The translations under genes and the position numbers were made by a program. The notes under the pieces are model-generated. The model worked only from the letters and a program-made list of their open reading frames with translations. It ran no database searches and was not told the origin of the DNA. Positions 8,134-17,421 of a stretch of 35,399 nt of DNA are shown in pieces (position 1 is the first letter of the stretch; every line of letters begins with the position of its first letter). Source of the DNA: Candidatus Hydrogenedentota bacterium (GTDB lineage: Bacteria; Hydrogenedentota; Hydrogenedentia; Hydrogenedentales; CAITNO01); contig SLFT01000284.1 of assembly GCA_007124105.1 (NCBI GenBank), forward strand, positions 1-35,399, in the 5' to 3' direction.

Positions 8134-8401
8134 TTCTTTGGCTCCATATTGCGGCGCGAAGGGCCTCTCCATCTCGAAATATATTGGCGACAATTATGAA
8201 GTAAAGACGTCGGCATATACAACCCCCGCCGTCTTACGACGATACTGGATGAAAGATGCGGCACTAACGCAGTATTGCAGGCTGATTGTCTCTTTCGCAA
8301 TGCCTGTGTTACCCTATGTTTGCAATAAGCGCTGTTATGTTTTTTATATGATCCAGGTAAACAGCAAAGCGTTCCGGCAGACAATCAGAAGGACGAGTAT
8401 T

Positions 8402-9220
8402 ATGGTTTTATTCTATAGGAAGGCGTTGTTTGTATGTATTGTTTCGGCTGTATATTTTGATGCCGCAACGGCTTTTGCTGTGGAATCCCCTGAAGCCGCG
8501 CCGGGAGTTGAAACGCCAATCTTTGTACAGAACGGAGAACTTGACGTAGACGCTGCTGTTGCATACTTCGAGGACTTGTACTTGTCGAACAGCAGCATTG
8601 CGGAGATGGAGATGACAATAGTGCGGCCGCGGCGCACACACACGATGGGGATGCGCGCCTGGACCGAGGGCCGCGACAAGTCCCTGGTGGAGATACAGTC
8701 GCCGCCGCGCGATCGGGGCACGGCCACCTTGAAGGTAGACAACAACCTCTGGAACTACATGCCGCGGATACAGCGTACGGTACGCGTTCCTCCGTCCATG
8801 ATGCTCACCTCGTGGATGGGCAGCGACTTTACGAACGACGACCTGGTTCGCGAGGCTTCCATGGTAGACGATTACGATTACGAGACCTTGGGCCCTTCCG
8901 AAGACCCCAAAGGCTGGCAGGTGCTTTTTACCGCGAAACCCGACATGGTCGGCCTTTGGAACAAGATAGAATTGATCCTGAACGAAGACGGAGCGATGCC
9001 TGTTAAGGCGACCTATTATGATCGCCGCGACCGTCTCGCGCGCACCCTTTACTGGGAAGATGTGCGGGTCTTCGACGGACGCAAGTTGCCCGCAAGGATG
9101 ACCCTCGTCCCGGAAGACGAGGAGGGGAATAAAACAGTGCTGCATTACAAGGATTTGCAGTTCAACACGGACCTTCCCCGCGACCTGTTCAGCCTTTCAC
9201 GGCTTGAGCGCGGCGAATAA
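8402..9220 (+). CDS. LolA-like outer-membrane lipoprotein-sorting family protein.
   Basis: AAGGA lies 8 nt upstream of ATG 8402. The signal peptide is MVLFYRKALFVCIVSAVYFDAATAFA. The core region RDRGTATLKVDNNLWNYMPRIQRTVRVPPSMMLTSWMGSDFTNDDL is typical of the LolA-like family that is encoded next to FtsX-type ABC transporters. ATG 8348 is an alternative start. Confidence 0.75.
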   Translation: MVLFYRKALFVCIVSAVYFDAATAFAVESPEAAPGVETPIFVQNGELDVDAAVAYFEDLYLSNSSIAEMEMTIVRPRRTHTMGMRAWTEGRDKSLVEIQSPPRDRGTATLKVDNNLWNYMPRIQRTVRVPPSMMLTSWMGSDFTNDDLVREASMVDDYDYETLGPSEDPKGWQVLFTAKPDMVGLWNKIELILNEDGAMPVKATYYDRRDRLARTLYWEDVRVFDGRKLPARMTLVPEDEEGNKTVLHYKDLQFNTDLPRDLFSLSRLERGE

Positions 9221-9236
9221 GGAGTATGTCTGCCCT

Positions 9237-10490
9237 ATGAAGTGGAGCACCATACGCATGGGCTGGCGCAACCTGGGCCGCAACCGAAAACGCACCCTGC
9301 TGGCTGTTGGCGCTATCGGCTTGGGCCAGTTTACGCTTGTTTTTGTGAACAGCCTGATGGCGGGCTTTTTCCTGGACGCCCTGGATACGGTCACCGGGCC
9401 AATGGTGGGACATGTGCAGATTCATCACGCCGACTGGCGCGAGGAGCGCGCCGTGGACCTGTATCTGGAGAACCTTTCAGAAACGCGTGAAGCGCTCCAG
9501 ACGCTTCCAGAGGTGGAAAAGGTGTCGCCGCGCATCTACACGGCGGTGTTGGCGGCTTCAGGCGAAAAGAGCGACACGCCCGCCCTGGCGGACCCGGGGT
9601 TTATCGTGGGCCTGGATATGGCGCTGGAGCGGGATAGAGGCGGCTTGCTTGAGACGCTGTCGGATGAACAGGTTCCCGGCGACGGCGAGGTGGCGATGGG
9701 CCGTGTACTGGCCAACCGACTGGGCGTGGAAGCGGGAGAATTGTTGGCAGTTATCGGACAAGACGCCGATGGCTTCCCTGTAAGCGATTTGTTCACCGTC
9801 AAGGCGGTAATTGATTCCAACGTGGAGCTGGTGCGAAGCATGGGCATTCTAATGTCCCTGGAAAACGCCGGCGAATTGCTGGTAATGCCGGACCTTGCCC
9901 ACGAAATCATCGTGCATGGCGCCGATTTCCGCGATGCCGACGCCCTCCGCGCGGCCATAGCCGACGTCGTCGCCCTGGATGCCGCCGAAGCATTGACCTG
10001 GCGCGAAGCGGCCCCCGAAATTGTACGCTTTATTGAAATGAAGGACTGGTTCGATTTTATTTTTCTGGCCATTGTGTTTGTGGCGGCGGCGGCGGGCATC
10101 GCGAACACGGCCATGATGTCCACCTTCGAACGCCGCCACGAGTTCGGCATGTTGCTGGCTGTTGGGGCGCGGCCGCGCCGCATTATCGGCATGGTGCTGG
10201 TGGAGTCAGTACTCCTCGGGCTTATCGGTGTGCTGATAGGTTCCATTGCCGGAACAGCGGTGGCGCTGATTACCTCACAGACGGGCATCAACTACGCGGC
10301 ACTCGGCGGCAGCGAAGTGGATGCGGTTGCCTATGGCAACTACAGCATTCCACTCTTTGTGTATCCACGCTTTGAACTGCGGCATGTCGTTTACGGCCTT
10401 GTGGCTGTGACCTTTACCTCGGCGCTGGCGGCGCTGTGGCCCGCCGCGCTGGCGGCGCGGCTCGAACCCATGGAGGCGATGCGTACGTAA
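9237..10490 (+). CDS. ABC transporter permease, FtsX/MacB/LolCE type.
   Basis: AAGGAG lies 12 nt upstream of ATG 9237. The N-terminus is MKWSTIRMGWRNLGRNRKRT, followed by a TM helix, a large periplasmic domain and a C-terminal three-TM FtsX domain. Confidence 0.85.
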   Translation: MKWSTIRMGWRNLGRNRKRTLLAVGAIGLGQFTLVFVNSLMAGFFLDALDTVTGPMVGHVQIHHADWREERAVDLYLENLSETREALQTLPEVEKVSPRIYTAVLAASGEKSDTPALADPGFIVGLDMALERDRGGLLETLSDEQVPGDGEVAMGRVLANRLGVEAGELLAVIGQDADGFPVSDLFTVKAVIDSNVELVRSMGILMSLENAGELLVMPDLAHEIIVHGADFRDADALRAAIADVVALDAAEALTWREAAPEIVRFIEMKDWFDFIFLAIVFVAAAAGIANTAMMSTFERRHEFGMLLAVGARPRRIIGMVLVESVLLGLIGVLIGSIAGTAVALITSQTGINYAALGGSEVDAVAYGNYSIPLFVYPRFELRHVVYGLVAVTFTSALAALWPAALAARLEPMEAMRT

Positions 10491-11728
10491 TGCCTGGAAC
10501 GATCGCCCTGAAATATGCGGCGCGCAGCATGACCCGCCACACGCGCCGCACCATATTGTCCATGGTAGGCACGGGTGTGGGATGCGCCATGGCGCTGGTG
10601 ACCCTGTCCTGGATGGGCGGCGCCACGGAGATGCAGGTGCGCGCCGTTGCGGAAAGCGGCGCGGGTCATCTGCGGATGGTTCATCAGGACTGGCCTGACA
10701 CACAGGAGCCCACGCTGCGCCTGGTAGACTGGGAGCGGGCACTTGCGGCGGTTCAAGCGCTGCCGAATATGAACAAGTACACTATGCGCGCCCACGCAAC
10801 CGGGCTGCTGGCTTTCGGCAATCGCACCGCGCCCGCGCAGATCACGGGGGTCACGCCCGAGCGCGAGTTGACCTCGAACCGCATCCTGCAACGCGGCGCG
10901 CTTGAGGGACGCTATCTCGAAAAGGACGAACGGGGCGCGGTGGTCGTCGGCCGCACCCTGGCGCGTCGCCTGGATGTACAGATTGACGATGCCCTATACG
11001 CCACGCTTTCAGGCAAGGACGACATCCACAGCGCCATGCTCTATATCGTAGGCATTCTCGACACGGGCAGTGAAGACCTCGACCTCGGCATTTGTCACAT
11101 CACGCTCAAAGACATCGAAGACATTACCGGAATCCCGGGAGTGGGTGAAATCAGCATACTTCTCGACGATGAACAGTACATGAAAGCGGCGGAGACGCGG
11201 CTTGCCGCGAACCTGCCCCCGGACAATACAGTAATCACCTGGCGCGAGGTTCATCCGGCACTGGCAGCCAATGTGGACAGCGACACCGCCTTCATGCGGC
11301 TCATGGCGGGTATTGTCATTCTGGTGGTCGCGCTGGGCATTATGAGCGCGCAGTTGACTGCCGTGCTTGAACGACGCGCGGAGTTTGCCATGCTGTCGGC
11401 ACTGGGCATGAAGAGCCGGCAGATTATATCCATGGTCATGATTGAAGCGGTAATCATTGGGCTGGGCGGCGCGATGGTGGCGCTGGTGGTAGGCGGCTCA
11501 TGCGCCTATTACCTCGCAACACGCGGCATGGACCTGACATCGTTCATGGACGACGACCTGGGATTTGCCGATGTTCTCTTTGACCCACACCTGTACGGCT
11601 CTTTTGGCGCGTGGCTGGTCAGCTACGCTCTGATTATTGCGATGGCGACAACAATTTGCGCAACGCTCTACCCCGCATGGAAAGCGGCGCAGGTAATGCC
11701 CGCGGACGCATTAAGGACAACAGGATAA
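10490..11728 (+). CDS. ABC transporter permease, FtsX/MacB/LolCE type (second copy).
   Basis: Its start overlaps the upstream stop as TAATG at 10488..10492. It begins MPGTIALKYAARSMTRHTRRT and has the same architecture as the preceding permease. Confidence 0.85.
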   Translation: MPGTIALKYAARSMTRHTRRTILSMVGTGVGCAMALVTLSWMGGATEMQVRAVAESGAGHLRMVHQDWPDTQEPTLRLVDWERALAAVQALPNMNKYTMRAHATGLLAFGNRTAPAQITGVTPERELTSNRILQRGALEGRYLEKDERGAVVVGRTLARRLDVQIDDALYATLSGKDDIHSAMLYIVGILDTGSEDLDLGICHITLKDIEDITGIPGVGEISILLDDEQYMKAAETRLAANLPPDNTVITWREVHPALAANVDSDTAFMRLMAGIVILVVALGIMSAQLTAVLERRAEFAMLSALGMKSRQIISMVMIEAVIIGLGGAMVALVVGGSCAYYLATRGMDLTSFMDDDLGFADVLFDPHLYGSFGAWLVSYALIIAMATTICATLYPAWKAAQVMPADALRTTG

Positions 11729-11729
11729 T

Positions 11730-12455
11730 ATGGAAGCAACGACGAACGGAATCCTGGTAAAAGCGCAGGCCGTCACGAAGGTCTATCATACCGACGAAGT
11801 AGCGACCCATGCACTACGCGGCGTTTCCACCGAAATCACTGCGGGCGAGTTCCTTGCCGTGGTTGGCCCGTCGGGAAGCGGTAAAACAACGCTGCTTAAT
11901 CTTATCGGCGCTTTGGATGCCGTGACGGAGGGCCGCCTCGAGGTAATGGGAAAAGACGTGGCAACAATGAGCAAACGACAACGAGCCGACATGCGTCTGC
12001 ATTCGCTGGGCTTCGTGTTTCAGGCCTACAATTTGTTCCCGGTACTTACGGCCCAGGAAAATGTTGAGTTTGTGCTTGAGTTACAAGGAATTTCCGAACG
12101 TCGCAGCGAACGGGCACGCGAGGCGCTCGACCAGCTTGGGCTGCTTGAATTTGCCGACCGGCGCCCAACGCAGATGTCCGGAGGTCAGCAGCAACGCGTC
12201 GCGGTGGCGCGCGCCATAGCATCCCGGCCCCGGTTGGTGCTTGCTGATGAACCCAGCGCAAACTTGGACGGCGAAAACGCCCGAATATTATTGGATATGA
12301 TGCATGATCTCAACGTGCGCGAAGGAATCACATTTATCTTCTCGACACACGATCCCCGTGTAATCGCATACGCGCGACGCGTCATTACATTGGTGGACGG
12401 ACGTATTGACACGGATGTTGTCAAGAAACAGGACACGGATGTGAACAAGGAGTGA
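11730..12455 (+). CDS. ABC transporter ATP-binding protein, LolD/MacB-like.
   Basis: It has Walker A GPSGSGKTT, the signature MSGGQQQRVAVARA and Walker B LVLADEPSANLD. The start lies 2 nt after the permease stop. Confidence 0.92.
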   Translation: MEATTNGILVKAQAVTKVYHTDEVATHALRGVSTEITAGEFLAVVGPSGSGKTTLLNLIGALDAVTEGRLEVMGKDVATMSKRQRADMRLHSLGFVFQAYNLFPVLTAQENVEFVLELQGISERRSERAREALDQLGLLEFADRRPTQMSGGQQQRVAVARAIASRPRLVLADEPSANLDGENARILLDMMHDLNVREGITFIFSTHDPRVIAYARRVITLVDGRIDTDVVKKQDTDVNKE

Positions 12456-12551
12456 TATTGGCTGGTACACCGATGAAGTGAAGCCTCCAAGGACGCGGCA
12501 GGACTTGTGAGCCGGCAATGCCAGCGCCAAGAAAATCAAACAGGATATTCC

Positions 12552-13436
12552 ATGCGTTACGAAGGAACCGTATACCGTCCGCCAAGCGAGGCCGGATCGC
12601 TCATCATACAGGCCACCGTCGGATGTCCCCACAATGCCTGCGCCTTTTGCTGCATGTATAGCGATAAGACCTTTCGCGCGCGGCCCGTTGCGGACGTCAT
12701 TGAAGACCTTGACATGGCCCTGGCGACTTATGGGCCGGGGGTGCGTACGATCTTTCTTGCGGACGGCAACGCCGCCGTACTTAGTACGGCGCGACTCACC
12801 GCCATTGGCGAAGCGGCGCAGACGCGGTTTCCACAACTTGAACGCATTACCGTGTATGGTTCCGCAAAATTTCTGGCAAAGAAGACGCGTGAGGAATGGC
12901 GGGCACTGGCGCGGGCGGGGATCACACGCGTACATTCGGGACTCGAGTCAGGCGACCCTGAAACCCTTGAAGGCATCAACAAGGGGGTCACACCCGAAGA
13001 GGCTGTCGCCGCCTACAACCATGTACTCGCCGCCGGCGTGGAACTATCCGTGTATCTGATGGTGGGCGTGGCGGGTATTGAACGGTGGCGCGAACATGCG
13101 CTGGGCAGCGCCGCTGTGTTGAATCAGGCGCCGCCACACTTTATTCGCCTGCGCACGTACGTACCCATGCCTGGAACGCCCTGGCACGACCGTTGGCGCA
13201 ACGGACAACTCCATTTGCTGTCGGCGCACGAAGCGTTACGCGAAACACGCTTGCTTATTGAACACCTCGACGAACCGTCAAGGCTTCTTTCCGACCATGT
13301 CAGTAATTTTCTCAACGTACAAGGACGCCTTCCAGACGAAAAAATAGCCATGCTGGCTATGATAGACGAGGCGCTGCACTGGCCGTTGTCTGCATTTCGT
13401 CCACCCACGGAATCACTGGTTGGCCTGGGTTTGTGA
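12552..13436 (+). CDS. Radical SAM domain protein of unknown subfamily.
   Basis: It begins MRYEGTVYRPPSEAGSLIIQATVGCPHNACAFCCMY. The Cys motif reads C-PHNA-C-AF-C. Later radical-SAM-core-like segments are IFLADGNA and RVHSGLESGDPETL. I trimmed the start to ATG 12552. Confidence 0.75.
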   Translation: MRYEGTVYRPPSEAGSLIIQATVGCPHNACAFCCMYSDKTFRARPVADVIEDLDMALATYGPGVRTIFLADGNAAVLSTARLTAIGEAAQTRFPQLERITVYGSAKFLAKKTREEWRALARAGITRVHSGLESGDPETLEGINKGVTPEEAVAAYNHVLAAGVELSVYLMVGVAGIERWREHALGSAAVLNQAPPHFIRLRTYVPMPGTPWHDRWRNGQLHLLSAHEALRETRLLIEHLDEPSRLLSDHVSNFLNVQGRLPDEKIAMLAMIDEALHWPLSAFRPPTESLVGLGL

Positions 13437-13601
13437 CCTACATCAATTCGAAACCGGAATTGCAACGCCGCTGTCTGCTACTATAGGGGCACAGGAATGA
13501 AATAGTTGCGCGGATAAGAACACACCCGGTCCAACACACTTTCCCGGGAAATAAAACGACGACCTCGTTTTGCGGGAGGTACGTGAAAAAAGGCTTCTCT
13601 C

Positions 13602-16600
13602 ATGGGACAGATTACGGTAGTTTGCGGCGCCGCGCGCAGCGGGCGAACCGCGCATATTGACGCGCTGTGGCGCAATCACATAAGAACCGCTGTCCTGCTG
13701 ACGCCCACCAGGCGCGTTGCGCGGACGCGACAGGAAACGTTTGCTCGACATTGCGGTGTTCCGGGACTTTTCGGCGACCGGGCCTGGGAAATAACGGACT
13801 TTGCCCGGATGCTGCTTGAAGAGGTCGGGCAACCCGTCCGCATGGTTTCCATGATTGAACGGCGCCTCATGATACGCCAGGCGCTCGAACGCTCCCTCGC
13901 CGAAAGAGGCGCGCCGACTATCGCGGTCACACCAGGGCTTGTCAGACATCTACTGCGCATAATTAACGAGCTGAAGCAGGCGGCCATTGAACCGGACAGT
14001 TTTCGCGCAGCCATCACAAAAACCGAACGACGCGGTCCCTTCGACATGCTGGTCGCCAACGTTTACGATGGCTATCAGGATGCGCTTATCGGCAGAGACC
14101 GATACGACGTGCCCGGCCTGTACTGGGAAGTGGAACGACGATATCGCGCCAGCGCAACAACATTGCCGAACAACATTGACACAATCTTGCTGGACGGCTT
14201 TGACGACTTTACATTGTCGCAACAACGGTTTATTGAGACTTTGTCCAAATCCGTAACACGGCTTGTTGTTGGCCTGAACCACGACCCCAACCCTGACAGA
14301 AGCGATCTGTATCACCTGCAACAGCGCTGGATCGAAGACTTTTCGCAGCGCGTACCAATAGAAACACTGACTTTCAGCAATGAGCCGCCGAAGACATATA
14401 TCCAGTATATTGGCGATCACCTTTTCTGGCGCGATCCACCGCCGCAGCCCAACGACCTGACGGCAAATGTTCGTATTGTCCCGTGCGCTGATGCGCAGCA
14501 CGAAATGGAGTCCATCGGAAGACAGGTCAAGAACTTGATAATCAGAGACAAGGTATCGCCGCGACAGATTGCCGTGTGTATGACCGACATCGAACAAACG
14601 GCCGCCGCGTTGCGCGCCATTTTCGAGGCGTTCAAAGTGCCTTGTATTGTTGGCGTGACGCCGTCCCTGCTTGCCACCGGCGCCGGCGCATTCGTGATGC
14701 GGCTATTCGAAGCGCTGGATGCGTGGGAAAGGAATGCGGTCGCTACATTGCTTGCCTCGCCTTTTATCGCCGCCACATCCCAGGAAGAAAAACTTGTGAT
14801 GGTCTTCCCCGTGTTGGCGCGCCGCGCAGGAATTGTTATGGGCCGCGACGCTTGGGAAACCCGCCTGCAACGACTGGCGGAACAACTGGACGCTCCAGCG
14901 GCCGCCAGGCAACATAAGCATCTAAAAAAGATACCTCATGCGCGCGAAGCGCTTGATCTTTTGAATGCGAGGCGCCTGTGGCTTGCCGGAACAGATGACG
15001 TCTTGCCCGGAGAAGCGCCCCCTGCCGCCTTTGCCGAAACGTTGGACAGGCAAATTGGGGCTCTTGATATAGACGCTGCGGTAGCCGCATTGCCCAACCC
15101 GGATACGGCGCGCCACGAAATTGCTGCGGTGCGGGCACTGCGCGCGCTTCTTGAACAGCTTGCCGTGACAGCGCGCGACACTGCGCCCATGAGCCGGGCC
15201 GAGTTCGTCGTGCTGTTGCGCGAGGCTATGGGCGAAACGCGTGTACCAATTCATCACACACAGGGGCCTGGCGTGTACTGCTGCGGGTTGGATGGGATGC
15301 GGCACGAAAAGTTCGACCATGTTTTTATTGGCGGTCTCAACGAGGGCGTACTGCCGCGGTCGGCGCCGATAAACGCCGTGTACGCGGAATCGGACCTGCG
15401 GCGGCTCCGAAAATTGGGGCTACCGCTGCCTGGCCAGCGGGAACATACCTATCGGCAGCGCCTTCTCTTTTGTCACGCTGTCAACGCCGCACAACAGGAA
15501 TTAACGTTTTCCTGGCGCGAGCAGGACACTTCGGGACGCGATGCGCTGCCAAGCCCGTTCCTGGTGGATATTGCGGATATGTTTGCGGCGCATCATATTG
15601 CTGTCAGCCTTCCTGAACCCGGACCCGACTGTTTTCTTCCCACGCCGCATGGCGCCGCCTCTGAGCGCGACTTGGCCAACAGTGTGTATTACCAGGACTA
15701 TAACGCCTTGCGTAAGACCTTCCCTGAAATTACAGCGTCGGTTGACAGGATGGTCGCTATTGAAACGGACCGCAACAGCGCCGCGCCTTTTGGCGTTTAT
15801 GACGGCTGCCTGCAAGCGCCGGACGTGGTCGCGCATCTTGAGAAACATTACGGCGCCAGGGCACAATTCAGTGTGAACCAGTTGGAGACATACCTGATGT
15901 TTCCGTTTCGCTTTTTCATGGAGCGGGTTTTGGGCATCGAGGAGACGAAACCGCCGGAAGCGGAACTCGACCCCATGACGCGCGGCACGATTGCCCACGA
16001 CGCACTGTACTTATTCCACAAACGTTTTGCCGGCGTATCCGTACCTGTGTTACTCACTCAAGACGAAGCCGGTGCGCGCACCGCCATGAAGGCGTGTGTC
16101 CATGATGCCTTTCGCCGGAATGCGTCGCGCCTGTTGTCTGTGCCCGCTGTAATAGAGCGGATTGAAAAGCGCCGCCTGGAACAGGCGCTTGACCGTTATC
16201 TCGACCGGGCCGCCAACGATTTTGACGCTGTACTAAAGCCGTTATATCTCGAGGCTGTATTTGGCCGCGCGCCCCGCGACGCCGCTGAAGACTTGTATGT
16301 GGAAGAACCTTTTCAACTTGCCATTGGCAAGGAAACGTTCCAGTTCACAGGAAAAATTGACCGGGTTGATACAGATGGCAACACAGCATGCATCATAGAC
16401 TATAAGTCCAACGCCGTGCCAACTTCTAAAAGCATCAAGAGCGGCCTGTCCCTGCAATTAACCGTATACGCCTGGGCGCTGGAAAAGCATCTGCTGCCAG
16501 GCGTTAAGTGTCATAAGGCCCTGTATTATTCAATTCAGAAAAAGAAGATGTGTGAAGCGTTGTTAAGCAAGAAGGAAGAAGACTTTATTGAACGCGAGGA

Positions 16601-16778
16601 AAACGCCAAGGCGCGCATTGCACAGGCCATCCGTGGCATCCGCGCCGGCTGGTTCCCGCCTTTGCCCGACGAGTCGCTCAACCTTGACAGAACGCCCATG
16701 CATACTGCCGCGCGCCATGAGGCATGGCGTGTCGCGCGCAAATGCGCCGCTCCGGCCTCGTCGGGAACGGAACAATAG
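13602..16778 (+). CDS. AddB-like PD-(D/E)XK nuclease / inactivated helicase-like protein (1058 aa).
   Basis: The N-terminal P-loop-like segment is VVCGAARSGRT. LLDGFDDFT is also present. The AddB-typical segment is FDHVFIGGLNEGVLP. The C-terminal nuclease motif is GKIDRVDTDGNTACIIDYKSN. Confidence 0.75.
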   Translation: MGQITVVCGAARSGRTAHIDALWRNHIRTAVLLTPTRRVARTRQETFARHCGVPGLFGDRAWEITDFARMLLEEVGQPVRMVSMIERRLMIRQALERSLAERGAPTIAVTPGLVRHLLRIINELKQAAIEPDSFRAAITKTERRGPFDMLVANVYDGYQDALIGRDRYDVPGLYWEVERRYRASATTLPNNIDTILLDGFDDFTLSQQRFIETLSKSVTRLVVGLNHDPNPDRSDLYHLQQRWIEDFSQRVPIETLTFSNEPPKTYIQYIGDHLFWRDPPPQPNDLTANVRIVPCADAQHEMESIGRQVKNLIIRDKVSPRQIAVCMTDIEQTAAALRAIFEAFKVPCIVGVTPSLLATGAGAFVMRLFEALDAWERNAVATLLASPFIAATSQEEKLVMVFPVLARRAGIVMGRDAWETRLQRLAEQLDAPAAARQHKHLKKIPHAREALDLLNARRLWLAGTDDVLPGEAPPAAFAETLDRQIGALDIDAAVAALPNPDTARHEIAAVRALRALLEQLAVTARDTAPMSRAEFVVLLREAMGETRVPIHHTQGPGVYCCGLDGMRHEKFDHVFIGGLNEGVLPRSAPINAVYAESDLRRLRKLGLPLPGQREHTYRQRLLFCHAVNAAQQELTFSWREQDTSGRDALPSPFLVDIADMFAAHHIAVSLPEPGPDCFLPTPHGAASERDLANSVYYQDYNALRKTFPEITASVDRMVAIETDRNSAAPFGVYDGCLQAPDVVAHLEKHYGARAQFSVNQLETYLMFPFRFFMERVLGIEETKPPEAELDPMTRGTIAHDALYLFHKRFAGVSVPVLLTQDEAGARTAMKACVHDAFRRNASRLLSVPAVIERIEKRRLEQALDRYLDRAANDFDAVLKPLYLEAVFGRAPRDAAEDLYVEEPFQLAIGKETFQFTGKIDRVDTDGNTACIIDYKSNAVPTSKSIKSGLSLQLTVYAWALEKHLLPGVKCHKALYYSIQKKKMCEALLSKKEEDFIEREENAKARIAQAIRGIRAGWFPPLPDESLNLDRTPMHTAARHEAWRVARKCAAPASSGTEQ

Positions 16779-16806
16779 CGGGTTCAGACGTAGAAAAGTC
16801 ACCCGT

Positions 16807-16835
16807 TTGACTGTAATGACTCGTTAATGTATCAT
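16807..16835 (+). promoter_or_regulatory. Putative sigma70-type promoter upstream of the VanZ-like gene.
   Basis: TTGACT (16807..16812), a 17-nt spacer, then TATCAT (16830..16835). Confidence 0.4.
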
Positions 16836-16927
16836 CCCTTTGACCAGTATGTTTTACCATATTGTAAAGGTTTGAATGTCTGTTGCAGGGAAGCGTACGT
16901 GTTACTGTGCGCGTTTATGAAAAGGAC

Positions 16928-17344
16928 ATGACGCTATTGGGTTGGAATTACAAAGCATGCATTTTTTTGTACAGTGTGGCGCTGTTTTATCTTTCCTCCG
17001 CGCCTGTTCCCGACGAGGTGAATCCCGGCATCCAAGGGCTGGATAAGGTTGTACATGCTGCCATGTACGGCATACTTACAGCCATTATCTCTATCGGCAT
17101 GTACCGCGGCGGCTATTACAAAGTCCGGTGGCAATGGTGGTTGTTGCCGCCGGCGCTTGCCTCGTTGTGCGGCGCAATGCTGGAACTGTATCAGGCATGG
17201 CTCCCGCATCGCAGTTACGATCCTTGGGATATGGTCGCCAACACGACAGGTTCCATGTTTATGCAACTGTGTATATGGCTGTTTGTTTCCCTGCTTCCCT
17301 TATCGCGCCTCGCTCCGTCAGCTGAGACAGGCCGTACCCCATAA
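16928..17344 (+). CDS. VanZ-like family membrane protein.
   Basis: It begins MTLLGWNYKACIFLYSVALFYLSSAP. It also has DKVVHAAMYGILT and LELYQAWLPHRSYDPWDMVANTTGS, which is typical VanZ topology and motifs. The start is uncertain: ATG 16928 or the track's TTG 16883. Confidence 0.75.
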   Translation: MTLLGWNYKACIFLYSVALFYLSSAPVPDEVNPGIQGLDKVVHAAMYGILTAIISIGMYRGGYYKVRWQWWLLPPALASLCGAMLELYQAWLPHRSYDPWDMVANTTGSMFMQLCIWLFVSLLPLSRLAPSAETGRTP

Positions 17345-17421
17345 TTATCGAAACTGTTCTCGGCGCTGCGTATCCGGCTGTAATTCCCCCACGTGTCCCC
17401 CATCCTCCCGGAGGAAAAAAT

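Noticed and set aside
8018-8401. 128-codon N-terminal extension of the LolA-like ORF, and similar extensions of the ORFs at 9204, 10436, 12507, 5938, 8193, 26110, 31133 and 2251.
   Set aside because: The extensions overlap neighbouring genes or divergent promoter regions and lack signal or family features. Internal ATG starts have Shine-Dalgarno-like elements and give family-typical lengths.
12552-13436. The radical SAM gene considered as a viperin-like antiviral gene, given its position beside a nuclease.
   Set aside because: The core motifs (HSGLESGD and an Elp3/HemN-like layout) and the N-terminal YRPPSEA segment do not resemble viperin. There are no nucleotide kinase or other defence partners.
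17403-17415. Hairpin TCCTC-CCG-GAGGA next to an A/T run between vanZ and tRNA-Cys, considered as a terminator.
   Set aside because: The stem is only 5 bp. The T-run precedes the hairpin on the tRNA strand, and A residues follow it on the vanZ strand, so it does not fit an intrinsic terminator in either direction.
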